This document shows, piece after piece, positions 20,801 to 35,235 of a stretch of 64,000 bases of DNA (positions are counted from its first letter, which is position 1; every line of letters begins with the position of its first letter). The stretch comes from Amoebidium appalachense (Eukaryota; Protista; Ichthyosporea), in assembly GCA_963693365.1 (NCBI GenBank), contig CAVNZM010000016.1, positions 5,510,543 to 5,574,542 on the forward strand, given 5' to 3'. Under the pieces are notes generated by a model. The model did not search any database. It had not been told where the DNA came from and saw only the letters and a list, made by a program, of their open reading frames with translations. A program made the position numbers and the translations under genes.

Positions 20801-21665
20801 TCTCTGGTAACGGTAGCAGGCAGACACAAAACTCTGTGCTGACGTTTTACCTCCTCTCTCCTTCCCCCCCGGTGTTTAACCCTGAACGACGACCTCGAAC
20901 CCTTCCTTCTTTTGCCGATGTTCCCCTTCTGGCGCACATGTGGCACCAGACAGCCCGTAGTAAATTTAAAATGTGAAGGAACCACTAGACAGTCATACGT
21001 ACCGGACTCATTGCTGTGCAAAAATTTAACACAACCACAGTGATTCATCGGATATTACAAGAGCTTGCACAATGATCGATGCCAAATGCAAAAACATTAC
21101 TCAGTCAAGGCACAATACAATCGCGGCGAGGAGAGCAGTGGAACAAGAAAAAGAAAGAGACTCCGAAGAAGGGAAAAGAAACAGAACGGAGAACTTATGT
21201 GAAAGGTTTACTTTTTTTTTGGGGGGGGGGGGGGGGGGGAGGGAGGGGGAGCTCATGGAGGGGAGCGGGAAAGGGTAGCGGGGGGAGGAGGGTGGCCGGG
21301 GGGGGGGGGGGGGGGGGGGGAGGGAGGGGGGGGGGGGGGGGGAGGAGGGTGGAGCCGTTGCCAGTTAAAGCTAGAGAAAGAACCTAAATTATAAGATCTT
21401 GTTTATTCGGAAAAAGATATTGATCGACAAGACGTGGACACCCTCGGTGTCCGGGACGTCCCTTTTGACTATTGGTGGAATTCGGCCAGTCCACCAGCGC
21501 TGCCCCAGAGGTCCGCCCCTTTATGCTCCCTTTAACCGGTCTCTGCAATTGGCTGTGAAGTATTCAACGTTTTTCCCTGCCCGTGTTTCTTTCCGGAATC
21601 CCAAATTAATATCTTAACCTGAACTGGCTGCGAAGCACACCTATGCATGCACGCACAGATGCATA

Positions 21666-21752
<87 letters not shown>

Positions 21753-22455
21753 GTGCGCGCATCCGCGAGCGCGCATGCGCACATGCACGCACACAGTCCA
21801 CACACATGAGATGATCATGGCAGACAGAGTAAAAACAAAATGCCGTAGGGAGAAAAAAAAAAAAAAAAAAGGCAAGACTTAATAAAAAAAAAGGCCACAA
21901 AAGGAGGGAACTGCATGGACGCCTGCTGAATCCCATGGATCATGTTTTATGATCGAATCGTTATTCCCAGGCTGAGTGCACTGCACATCCCTTTTTTTTT
22001 TATTATATATATCCCGGTTTGTTCCCGGAGGGACTCTCAGGGCCCCCCAGAAATGCTACCGTCTTCCACCCAACACCGACTACACTCTAGCTAGGGTGCT
22101 ACAGCGCCATGGTCCCCTAGTCTAACACACCATTGCCCATCCTAACTATTCGTACACACTTATCCCAGGGCTTTCGCCCCAGCTGCGCCGGTCACCGTGG
22201 GTAGCACCAGGCTTCCCCTCCAATCAAAACCTACGAATAAAACTTTAAACACAAGCTCTCATGGTTCATCTACAGTGGTGGAATGTAAGGTGTGGTGTTG
22301 GTGGTGTTTACGGTGGGTATGGTTGTATGGTGGGGTCTGGTGGTGGGGGCATGCTCCCTAACAGAATGTGGTTATGAACATGGTGTGTGACTACGGGGTG
22401 TAGTCATCTAAAATCCCTGTTTTGCTAGTCACTCTGAGTGCTGTCGTCCCTGCGG

Positions 22456-22490
<35 letters not shown>

Positions 22491-23285
22491 TTGCCGCAGC
22501 CCCGCAGCGTAGTAGTGCCCGGCCACTTACGTAAGCCAGTGGATACATAGCCTTAAAGACTACTGTTTTGCACGGCTGTTTATTAACGACATGTAGGTGA
22601 GCTGTGATGGGGCGCCGGCTTGGCAAGGCCAACAGTACTTCTGGCTAACAAGATAAATTCACATGTAAAAACGAAATCACAAGACATACATCATACGTGG
22701 AGATATATCAGGTTTTTTATTTTTATTTCATTTTATTTTATTTATTTATTTATTTTCAAATATCTTCTCTTATTAAACAGCTGTTACCTCCACGCGAGGC
22801 CCTACTCATCATCAAACTTGCACATGTACATATTTTCATTCTGTGCCCGAGTTTATTTTTAGCAACACTTCCTCATTCTACGCTATATATAGCAAACAAT
22901 CCTGCCCGATATATGGCCACCATGAAAATCTTTGAACAACTGCACACATGGGCATCATCCATTTCGTGGGTGGCATGCAACGTACACACGTCCAACCCAA
23001 TAATTAGTGGTTATATTCCAACTCCGAGCTCGGTTACCTCTCTGGTGCACTCTAGATCTCCCTCTTCCCCTCTCCGAGGGCCCCCCTTAGCTTTTTTCGA
23101 TCTCATCCCCTTTTTTTGCTCTTGCTTTAAAGAGCTTTCCTTCTCGTGCCTTTCGCCCCCCCCCCCCCCCCCCTCCCCTCCCCCCCCCCCCGGGGCCTCA
23201 CCCCCTCCCCCCGAAGGCCCAATCCTCTTGCGATTGAGCTTTCCTGAGAGTTCCTTCCCTGGCAGTCTCTTCCTTCCCCTCCTTC

Positions 23286-23336
<51 letters not shown>

Positions 23337-24164
23337 CCCTTGCCTTCCCCCCTTTTTCTCTCTCCACACGAGAGGCACTTTCTCTCGCTTTCGACATTTC
23401 CGCTCTCGAGCTCTCCGACCTTCCGTACTTCTACATATATCTCCCCCCCCCCTCCCCCCTCTCTCTTCTCTCTCTCGAGCTCAAGTGAGCTTCCTCTCGC
23501 TTTCGCCAGGCACCCCATGATCTCCTATCTCCTACCGTGCTTCCATGCATATATATCTCTCCCCCCCCCCCCCCCCCCCTTCTCCCCCCTCCCTTCTCTC
23601 TCTTTTTCAAAGGTCTTTTTTTCGCTTGCTCCACTTTCTCTCCTTCCGTATTTCTATTCCCCCCCCCCTCCCCCCCCCCCCCCACACACACACACATGTC
23701 AAAACCCCTTCTTCTCTGTCTCTCAACTCAAGAGAGGTTTGGTTATGACAGTGTAAGGGAGCACAAGTCAAATCCCCCACTAGAGGCTTTTAGCTGATCA
23801 TTGTTGCACGTGCACACGGAACATTATTTTTTCCCCACCCTGTACACGCTGGTTATATTCCATGAGCATGGTGCAACATTGGGACTCCTTAAATTTACTC
23901 AGGCATTTCATTCCGCTTGTGGCTCTCACCTTTATTGTCCTAGAAAGATCTGTAATCAAAGACCGATATACATGCATTGGTAATAACCGATTGACCTACA
24001 GTCAACCTCGAGTAACCTATGCCTATGAACTGTGTTACAATAACTGTGTTACAATAAGGGGGTTATAATAGTGACCCTGTTTACCGATTCAAAGATCAGT
24101 CTCCAGTGTTAATTGTAACCTTATAATGTCATAGATAACCCTTACGTAGCCCCCCCTCCCCCCA

Positions 24165-24197
<33 letters not shown>

Positions 24198-24207
24198 AAA
24201 AAAAAAA

Positions 24208-24240
<33 letters not shown>

Positions 24241-24374
24241 AACACGAGAAAAAAGACCAGCACATATAGATATATTTCGTCAAGTTTTTCTAGAATATTA
24301 GCACTTGACTGATGCCACCACCACGGCCACAAGGGGAACAACAGAAACAGAAGAAACCCAGGAAACAACGGAAT

Positions 24375-24623
24375 CTACTGCAACAACTTTTTTAGAAGCC
24401 CTTTGTCATCTACGTTGACACCCCCGTATAACGAATATGCGCAAGGCAGACAATGTACCAGATACCAGTATCAAATCGAATAGTATTCAACACAAATACA
24501 CGCACAAACACTGTGACATAAGAAACCAAAAACACACACAATATCGAAAGATCCATAAATTTATCACACACATACACACACACGCACACACACACACACA
24601 CACAGGCAAAGACCTCCCCCCCC

Positions 24624-24654
<31 letters not shown>

Positions 24655-25528
24655 ACACATAACCTCTCCAACAACCATCCTATCAACCATCACACATCTA
24701 CACTTAAACCCTTTCAAGCAACACCAAGCACAACACTTCGGGTATAGAACCCCCCTGCCCCCCCCCCCCCCCCCCCCCTTCCGCCCCCTTCTCCTATTAA
24801 CACATCCTCCACCAAATCATCCATCCGTCTCAATTTTCACGTCGCTTCACACCGTCTCACCCACAGTAACAGGAGGAGAGGCGTGCGAATTCCCTGTTGT
24901 CCCCGTTACCGCCGTAGCTGATGTTTGGGCATGCCAGCGAGGTTGTGGATGGCTCACAACATGAGGCAGAAACGCATAGCCACTGGAGGTGACAAACTCG
25001 CACGAGAGGGCTACCAACTTGGTAAGCGCCGTGAGGTTGGAAAGGGCACGAACACCTTCGTCTGTGACCTGAGAGATGGAAAGGATGGGTGAGAATGTGT
25101 GCTAAATCCATTTGCTGAATTCATAAGTATTAAATGAGCACAAAAGCGGACATCCATATGGCATGACTCCATCCATTCCCCCCTCCCCCCCCCCCCCCTC
25201 CCCCCCCTCACACCACCACCACCACCACCACTACCATACACACCATCACCCCACACACACACACCCCTTTCTACCCATAGTCCCTTTCCCAACAACACAC
25301 CCACATCCTTGTACGAGCGCAAAAGGCGCACACAACACACACACAAGCACATGCACCACGAAAGATTCCTTAACAGAAATTCTTCAGGAACAAGAAGAAA
25401 AAACATGTGTGTTAAAGCTATCTGTACAATACACATCCACACAGATGCAAAATTGCATGGACACCTATTTCCAGCCAAGAAGAGTAACGGAAACGCAAGT
25501 GAGCAGGTGTGCATGGGCGCGCGTGAGT

Positions 25529-25581
<53 letters not shown>

Positions 25582-25978
25582 TGTGTGCGGGCTCACTCGC
25601 GCATGTGTGTTTTTGGGATTGGGGGGCAACATCACGTGGAATAACTGCATAGAAGGCTGACATACAAGCATAGAAACATACGATACATCATTCCAGAAAT
25701 AGGGCATGAATGAAAATATGTGCTCATGCACAGACATATACCGACACAAACAATACATCAGCAGGTGCCCAAAAAATTGATGCACGCTATACACACCCGA
25801 GTGCCCACTCAATCACTCCCTCAATGCCAGTGGGCAGGCACACAGGCATACACACATTTAGCACTCAAATGCATGCAGCAAACAGCCCCCCCCCCCCCCC
25901 CCCCCCCCGGGGGGAGAAAAAAATTACACACAGACACACACACACACCCTTGTTTGCACATCTCCCCACTCCAAAACA

Positions 25979-26020
<42 letters not shown>

Positions 26021-27426
26021 ACACACACCTGTGGGCACTGGGATATGTCCAGGCGTCGTAGCCGACCCAGCTGTGCCAGCGACTTCACGCCCTCATCCGA
26101 CAGACGGTCACAAAAACCGATGTCAAGCTCCTCAAGGGTGGTGGCGCCCGCAATGGCTGCTGCACCCTCGTCGGTAATCTTCTTGCACCACGACACGTTG
26201 AGAATGCGAAGAGACCCCATCTGACCCAGAAGTTCCGCCGTGGCGTCTGTCATGTTCTCGCAACCTGAAACATCAAGCACCTGCAAGCGGGGCATGTGCG
26301 ACAGGGTGGAAACAAGACCGATATCCGTCAACTCACGGCACCAACACACGTTCAAAGACACCAGACCGTTCAGGGAAGACAGTTCGGCAAACCCCATATC
26401 GGTCAGCATGTCAATGTGCGCAATGTTCAACCGAGTTAGTTGGGATAGGTGTCCCAGGGACTCGACCCCAGGGTCACCCACACGGTAGCAGTAGTCGACG
26501 TTTAGGGTGTGTAGCCGTGGGAGTGATGATGAAAGCACCCGTAGCCCTCGAGATGTGATGAGGTCGCAGCCAGAGAGGTCGAGGAGTGACAATTTCTCCG
26601 CCGCAGCCAAAGCGAAAAGCCCGCCATCGCCGACTTGGGACAGAGAAGCTGCGTTCAGGTGCACGAGATTGGGTAGCTCTGACAGAGACAACAGTGCGTT
26701 GTCTGTCAGTTTGTTGCATCTTGACACCTGGACCACCGTCAACGACCAAACCGTTCCCAATGCCCGAGCACCAGCATCCGTTATGCGATAGCAACCCGAC
26801 ACGTTTATCTCCATTAGGCGTGTCAGCCCGCGAAGTGCATCAAGCGCATCGTCACCCAAACCCGTGCAGAAGGAAACATCCAGAGAACGCAGCTGCTTCA
26901 AAGCTGGGAAGATGACTCGAGAATTCTCGTCGGTGACCTCCTTGCACCAAGAGAGGTCCAGGTGCATAAGAAGCTCAAGGCGTGAAAGCGCACACAGACC
27001 AATCTTCGCTGGTCCCGCACCTCGGCCCCTCTCCATACGAAAACGGATTATCTTCGGGTAGAGTTTGACAACTTCGTGTAGTGGGCGACGGGGCCATCCA
27101 GCGTTCCATGTTCGGCAAACGTACGCAGAAATTGCGCGAAAACGAAGGCAGACGTGGCTAACGTTCCAAAGGTCGTTCTGATTGAGGTGCAGAAACGTAA
27201 CTTCGAGAATGTGGTCTGGCAACGTTAGAATGTGCAGCCCTTGTTTGTTAATCACACCACCCACCCCATCTTCTTTCTTTTCACTTAAATCAACCTGCGC
27301 GGAAGAGCCAATAGAGCTCTCTCCCGCACCCTCAAGCTTCATTATTACCGCACACCCCTGTTCCCTCTCTTCCGTGGGTGTGGCCCCGTTCGCCCCGTTT
27401 TGGTTTGCGTTTTCTACCGCACTCAT
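24375..27426 (-). CDS. F-box/leucine-rich repeat (FBXL-type) protein; exons 27426-26029, 25068-24861, 24409-24375
   Basis: F-box LTLPDHILEVTFLHLNQNDLWNVSHVCLRFR, then about 13 Cys-containing LRRs (LDLSWCKEVTD, LDVSFCTGLGD, LNVSWCKKITD). The LRR continues across a GT-AG intron (CPQ|VTDEGVRALSNL); exon phases are consistent through to TAG. Confidence 0.9.
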
Positions 27427-28831
27427 GATTGAAATGGATGATGGTGAGCAACTGGGTTGGAACCGCGCTCAGAGTTATAAATTTGTTGCCCGTCATCTAC
27501 AACTTTCTCGTTCCGAGCAAAAGCTCGCTTTTTACAAAGTGCTAGCGTACAGCGTGGGGGCACCACCGCCGACGGAAAACGTAAACGAAAAACTACGCTC
27601 GCATACGGCGCTCACAGATGATGCGAGGAGAAAACACAAAACGCAGTTTTGACACCACAAGGCCCAGTGAGAGGTGCAGAAGCCGAACCAAAAATGGAAG
27701 GTGATTTGTATTGTCCTGGAATTTGATTGGTTGGCGCAGCGTACCATTGCGCAACTACGTCATTCATCGCAGGGTTGCGATCGCGATCACAATCTCAGCG
27801 CATCACTGGCATTCGAAAAGAAACAGGCAAAAGAAAACTTTGAAGAAAAACAAACAAACAGGCCCCCCCCCCCCCAAAAAAAAAGAGGCAACAGCAACAC
27901 CTTCAGTTTGACCGATTCGAACCGAAATAATGAACTGTGTAAACGCCTGGGCTGTGGTGTGGAAAACAACACGTCCGAGGCATGCGCACACGTAGTTATT
28001 AGTCACAAGACATGCATTGCCTACTGTACACAGTAAAAAACAATTTGCATATGTTCCTTGTTCCCCGCCACACAAGCAAACACAACCACTGCAAACCTGG
28101 CAGTGTGTGTACTGCTGTGCTATGCTGGGGTAGCTATTCTATTTCATAGTGTCGGCTGGCCCTGGCTGTGTGCTCATAAGCCCAAATTCTGCTGTACAAG
28201 CCACATGCATGTGTGTCGCTACCAATGTCTACATAAGGAAACCAACGTCAACAACACAAAAACAGTCCAGCTGTGACCAGTCGGAGCAAGAATACGCCTC
28301 ACCGATATGATAACTAGCTCACTGAACAACAAAAACACCACATCCAGGAAAAAGATAACCAAAATACATTACCACGAAAAATGAAAGCAGTCACTGTAGC
28401 GCATTTATGGCACAACCTACCACGCACAACACCTGCCATGTGTGAGGATCTTCTTCATACCAGACATCATACACGTGAAAGGATATGAGGTAAGAAAAAA
28501 ATGACACGGAAAGAAGGAAATCAAGAACGAACACAAAAGGAAAAAACAAACCACAAACCTCCCATTCGCCAGGCAAGAACAAGTGGTACAGAGTGCATAC
28601 ATCCTGTTAGGGGTTCCCATTCTCATACAAAACACACAGCACACTCCCCTAGCCAACCAAATTTGCACGGTTATGGAGGTGATTAGAGGCTTCAAGGGAG
28701 TGAACAATCACAGTAAAGAGTCGTGGGCAGAGGTGTGTGCTAACTAACATCACACACACCTCTACAGCAAACCGAGGTCACGAGTACATATGATACCTAT
28801 ATATACGCATGGATGGTAGTTAATTAACTGG

Positions 28832-29011
28832 CTAATTAATGACCTCCACCTTCTCTTCAATGAACAGCTCCACAACCTCTTCGTCGTCGAGGGTGTCACC
28901 CTCGTCCTCGCTCGCCTGTCCGTCGCGGATCGCAATGCGCTCTTCCCTCCGCTCCTTGTATTCGGCAATGCTGCGCTTGCGGAACTCTGTTTTTGTACGC
29001 GTGGTGTGTGT

Positions 29012-29043
<32 letters not shown>

Positions 29044-29485
29044 TAATGGTTAGAGGATAGGTATAGAAACAAAAATATTTAAGACGAAGACCATTGTTTC
29101 GAGTGTGAATTCATGCCAGGTCAAGGAGGTGTCAGGAATGCGGTAAAGAGTGTGCTTCATCCTTGTTCAGAAGCAGAACTGGATGTTTATCATCATATCA
29201 ACCCCTGGACCTGGCATAGCACTAAACTCGAGTTTTGATTTGTTCACTAACATATGAGCAAGGAGTGTGAAGCATTAGAATGCGGAGCCAACGGACAGCG
29301 ACAGCAAGGGAGAGAGGGAGGTAGGAGAAATAAAGGACATTGGTACATATTCACAACGAACAAAACAACCGAGGTATGCAGAAAGTAACACAAATCGGTG
29401 GTGGTGGTGGTGGTGGCAGGAGGGGGGTTTGCATGTGCCATGAGAATGTAAACCGCAGAGGATATCCATAACACGCAGTGCCAAT

Positions 29486-29519
<34 letters not shown>

Positions 29520-30029
29520 TGTTTTGGTTTTTTTTTTTTTTTGGGGGGGGGGGGGGGGGGGATACCTTGGTAGTCGTTCCACTGCTTGCGGCGCTTCTCG
29601 ATCTGCTCCTTGCTGGCTTTGTCGCCACTGATCAAGTCCTCCTGGTCGAACTTGATGCTGTACGTCTTGAGGTTCTTGCGCACAGCCTGAGTGTGTGCGT
29701 GTAGTGTGTGCGTGCGTGTGTGTATGGAGATCACCCAATGGGAGAGAGGGAGGGAGGAAGGGCGGGGGGAGGGGGGGGATGATGGTGGTTAGCAGAGTGA
29801 AGAGTGCTTGAGAAACAAAGCAGGATTGGAGCGATGGCTTGTCAGGAATGCGGTAAAGAGTGTGCTTCATCCTTTTTCAGAAGCAGAACTGGATGTTTAT
29901 CATCATGATGCCATATTTACAGAAATTGTGCTTGTGCTAAGCGTGCTTTGCCACTTCCTTTCTCTGTCATTTACTTTCTCTCACTGACTCTCGCTCTTTT
30001 CTTTCTTTCTTTCTTTCTTTTCTTTCTTT

Positions 30030-30093
<64 letters not shown>

Positions 30094-31398
30094 GTGTGGG
30101 GGGTGGAGGGGGGATTTACCTTGATTTCATCATCTGTGAGCAGGGTGGGTGGGCGTGGCCTCCAGATGAACTGGTAGAACTTCTCGAGGCTCTCGTTGTA
30201 CAGTTGTCGGCCCTGGAAGGACCAGATCTTGTAGCCGTTCTCCATCTGCCCAGCATAAACAGCGTTAGAGCAGGAACAAGATATAAATTCACAAACAGAC
30301 AAGGTTGGGTGAATTCATGCCAGGTCAAGGAGGTGTCAGGAATGCGGTAAAGAGTGTGCTTCATCCTTGTTCAGAAGCAGAACTGGATGTTTATCATCAT
30401 ATCAACCCCTGGACCTGGCATGGCGGTAGGTTCAAATCTTTTTTTTGTACACAAGCACCTTTTTTTTTGTGCGGGGGGGGGGGGGGGGGGGGATAAGTGT
30501 GTTATGGAGCACAATGCACACACGGACAACACAATGTAAGGTGCAAAACACACACATAAGAGCATGCATATTCGCCGGGGGGGGGGGGGGGGGGGGGGGT
30601 ACCTGATGCCTCCAGTAGCTGACACTGGTGGCAACGTATCTGCCGGTGGGGTCCCATTCGACATCGGTAGCCATGAAGTGCTCACCTGAACATACACCCA
30701 GTGAGCATAATGTACGACCACATTACATAGACTAAGGCTCCAGAAACAGCACAACACTATAATATCAGATGTTTTCGTGACCACAGGTCGATGCATCAAG
30801 GGAGCAAAGCAGGATATACATGGTGCATACATCGACCTGTGGTCACGAAAACATCTGATATTAATTTAGATTTTCAATCTCTAAACCTCCAAAATTCAAA
30901 TTTATGATCGGCTAAAATTTCAAAATTGACGATTTTTTGAAATTTGACCATTATCTGGATTTAGGATTTTTATTTTCATCTTATATCCTGACGGAAGCTT
31001 GGAAAGAAAGAAGAGAAGAGTAGGGATCATGGCCAACTAAGGGGGCACGAGAAGAGATAGGAGAAAGGTCGGTACAAGAGCACCTCCTCTCATACTAAAA
31101 TTTCCCTCCTAACATCCAAAATATCCCTCCCTACCCTAAGAGCCTAGAATAAGAGTAGAGCCACTAATCAAGGGAGCAAAGCAGGATATACATGGTGCAT
31201 ACATACATTTATCGACGATAATGGCTCGGGCGTTGCAAGCAAGAAAACGATGAGAATCAGGTGCAAAAGAGGCAAAGAATATGCCTAAACACAGGCAAAC
31301 ACCACAGCACCCAATCCCTTCTACACATATCTCCACCAAAGGCCGTGTAGCATTCTTGAAGGAAAAAGTGTGTGTGTGCGTGTCTGTGTGTGAAGCGG

Positions 31399-31433
<35 letters not shown>

Positions 31434-31545
31434 TGAATGCGTCAAAAAATACGAAGTACACAAGAACAAACGGATAACACGATGCAGAATGCAAGCCATA
31501 CACAAAGAGTATGCATAATAAGCAGAGCCCATCCTCAGGGGGGGC

Positions 31546-31584
<39 letters not shown>

Positions 31585-32001
31585 CTACCGGTGTTCATGC
31601 AGAGATTTTCTGTGGTGTCCCAGAACTCAAGCACACCCTGCATATTTCGGAGGCCGGCAAGGACGATGTACTGTAAAAGGTACATGAATATGGTCAGCAA
31701 TGGCCCAAAGTCCGCCAAATGCTGAGAGGCTATAAGGCAATGCACGTGTTCACATGGTTAGACATGTAATGTGTGTTTTTATGCATTTTTGTGAGATTCG
31801 ACATGCGAAAAAGAAAGAACGGATAGGAGGCAAGTGGCAGAAGTAGACGGGCAAGATGGACACACGAGGTATGTAAGTGACCAATCGTTATATTACATGG
31901 AATCATGGGAATAGGGGCTGACTAAGAAAGGGCACAAGGTGGGAAGTGCAGAGAAAACGGGGGACAAGGGGAGGGAAGGCAGGAAGGAAGGAGGGGAGGG
32001 G

Positions 32002-32056
<55 letters not shown>

Positions 32057-34978
32057 ATTCGTCAAAAAGTACGAAGTACACAAGAACAAACGGATAACAC
32101 GATGCAGAATGCAAGCCATACATAAAGAGTATGCATAATAAGCAGAGCCCATCCTCAGGGGGGGCCCACGTCATCCACAGTACCCGAGTTTCGACCTATT
32201 CACCTCGTTAACGAAACCCAACTCAGATACTTTTTCACTTGAACATGGGTAGGCCACCCGTCTTGATCAGAGACGTGCAGGGTTGCTTACGCAGGCAAAG
32301 GCAGTGGGAAAGGCCGGGGGTTAAAGTTGCAGCAGTAAGCAGAAGCAAGAAAAATATAGATAGGAACTCAGGAGACGGGGCTTCTAGGAAGCTCCCCCGT
32401 CGCTACCCAAGTCGATACTTCCCTGGCTAACATACTACACCAGCTGAAAAGAATTAAGTCCCGAAGGCCGCAGAATTCGCAATCAGAGGGGAAAATATGA
32501 GATTTGACCCACGCCGCAGGGTAGTAACACGCTTACTAGGGCGGCATTTTATCGTCTTCGAACGGAAAGCTATGCCCCCAGATGTCATCCGGAAATATGG
32601 TATCACCCATTGCTTTGGGCTTGAAAAAAGCCAAATCGATAGTCCGAGTTATGTTACGCCGGCGGGTAACATCCGAATGGGTTCCAAGGCAGGGGGGGGG
32701 GGGGGGGGGGGGGGGGGAAGGGGGAGGACATACTCGGCCCTTTGGTGACCAGAATAGATGGTTTACTGTCTTCTTCTCAGCGGTGTCTGGAAGAAAACGG
32801 GTGTGAGGTCACTATACATGCCACAAGCATTGAACTACACTCATTCATTGGAATGCAACATATCCCTTCAAGCAAGAACAGAAAGCTTGTCACATGACAT
32901 AAGCACAATTTCACATGTGCATAGCAATGGTTTTGTTCATAAATGTGAGTGCACGGGGTGGTGGGATGGAATAGCCCGAAGATTGACGTTTTTTCTTTTT
33001 CTTTACCAGGGTGAGATTGAACACCCACCAACACAGAACAAAGGGAGCCAAAAAAAGGGGGGGGGGGGGGGGGGGCATACGCAGTTTGGCGACCTTGCCA
33101 CCCTCCTTCCCTTGCTGCATTTGGTAGAAGGATACGCACAGCTTGCCCGTCTCCCCGTGGATAATGGCAAACTTGTCGCCGGCCGGCTCCCATGCAAACG
33201 CGTGCAGTTGGTCTGTGAATTTTAACTAGGTTAGCTTTAACATGCTTTAAAGGGTGTTCGAATCAGCTCTCACCATACCGAACGTCCCACCCAAATCAAG
33301 CAGACCATCAAGCAGATCATGCCATTGGTGCATAGATAATCGACCAAGGAATGAAACGAGTTCCGAGATCCAGGCCTTTAACGTAACATAAGTAACCCAA
33401 GTGAGTGGGCCAACTCACATACCGGTTCACTTCAACATGCGAGGGAAACCTGTTTTAACAGAGACGAGCACGATAACTAAATGTGACGAGACATCAGAGG
33501 CAAGAGCACTGAATGGTGGGGAAGGAAAGAGGTTGAGGTTGGAGCAAGAAGCAGCGAGCAAGAAAGAAGGGGAATGGGGAACCCCCCCCACCCCCCGGAA
33601 TGCGAAACACGGTACGAAGTACATACACGATGAGAAGCATCGTGCAGGACACAATGCAAAGGAAATCATGCAAGTATGCAAAATCAGCAATGCATACGTA
33701 TGCGTCATAGGAACGGGACACCGGGGGGAGAAGGGGGGGGGGGGGGGGGGGGGGGGGGGCTCAGTATGTAGTACACACCCTTGAACTCGACGTTGTCGAC
33801 AGGGACCTGCTTTTCCCTCAACCTGAAGATTTCGAAGTTTGTGAATGTGGACTTTTTGGTCTTGGTGTGGCGCTCGACCTTGACGCACAGGAAGTCTCCC
33901 TTGTTCTGCCAGTGGAGCTTGCACTGTAGACCACGTTAAACCTCAGCAATCGTGCTCCCTTTCTTTTCTTTCTACCTCTGCTACGCCCATTAAACCTCCC
34001 ATCTACCCTTCCTCTCCACCCTACAACCTGCACCCCCTCCTCCCCACCCCCACCCCCGCGTCTCCTCTCCACCTGTCCACCCCCCCCCCCCCCCCCGGAG
34101 GTCCCCGGCCCCAGAACACGAGCTCGTCATAAGAACCTCCACAAACCGCGCACACACAAAGACCCGGGCACCAACCGCAAATAGAATATCAACCTCCCCT
34201 CCTATCCTGTCACACCCCGTCACCTCACAACTTCTTGGTGTCCATTCTACGTGCAATCCATACCGTGTGCAAAGAACGCATACCACTTGACAACGTCATT
34301 TCTCCTCCCCAATTTCACAACACACCTGACCCCACCCCCCCGTCCCTCCACACACAAATACATCCCACCTCCCCCCCCCTCCATCCCCCCACACACCAAC
34401 ACAGAAAAAAAGGGAAGCAAGGCACTGTCGGGAATCCAGCCGAACATCGTACCTCCTTAACGTTGAAAAGATTCTTCACACGGATTTCGGCCTTTGTGCC
34501 GACGTCCAAAATAACGACTCTGGCCGGTTGCTCCTTGTGCTCTGACACCCAGTAGGCAATGTAGTTTTCTGACGGTGACCACCTACACGGCAAAAACACA
34601 TTAGCAACCTTGACAAAAAACAAGAAACAAGGAGAATGGTAATCCAAAAAAACAGGAAAGAGGTAAATGGTAAGTCCCCCCCGTCCCCTCCTCTTGTAAG
34701 GAGATGCCTCCATTTCATGATTGGAACTGCATCAATGCTTCGAGTTTGCGGAAGCATATGCATCTTATTCTAGAAAAGCCAAGTGGTACCACAGACCCTC
34801 AACAGGTACACAACAGAGTGAAAACACATTCAGAAACCCTCATCCAAATACAAGGCAGGCAGCGCAGCAAAGTATATGGGTAGGGAGGAGGTGGTGACAC
34901 GGCGGGTAGCGGAAGAAGGGGGAACACACGCAAAAGGATGTGTGTGTGTGTGTCCTTGTGTGGTGATGGTGTGTATGT

Positions 34979-35009
<31 letters not shown>

Positions 35010-35174
35010 GGGGGGGAGGGGGTTGGAAATATTTGCAATTAGAGGGTTGGAAATATGGAGGAGACATCAGGGGACAACAACAAAACGTCACAAAAAATGA
35101 GAAACCCGAAATTCAACAACGTAGGTGTGCAGGCAAAAAACACTTGAACAGAGCCCATCATCAGGTGTGTGTGT

Positions 35175-35235
<61 letters not shown>

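Noticed and set aside
21000-23000. LINE-like motifs (CKNITQSRHN near 21100; CPIYGHHE near 22890)
   Set aside because: Motifs are too short, interrupted by stops and have no adjacent RT signal.
29113-29217. MITE with ~14-bp terminal inverted repeats
   Set aside because: The interior has C/D boxes and an rRNA guide, and one copy keeps the core with a different stem; snoRNA fits better.
32497-32748. 83-aa plus-strand ORF inside the longest family 1 copy
   Set aside because: Antisense to the inferred element strand, runs into poly-G and has no recognisable motif; the minus-strand frame has tandem stops.
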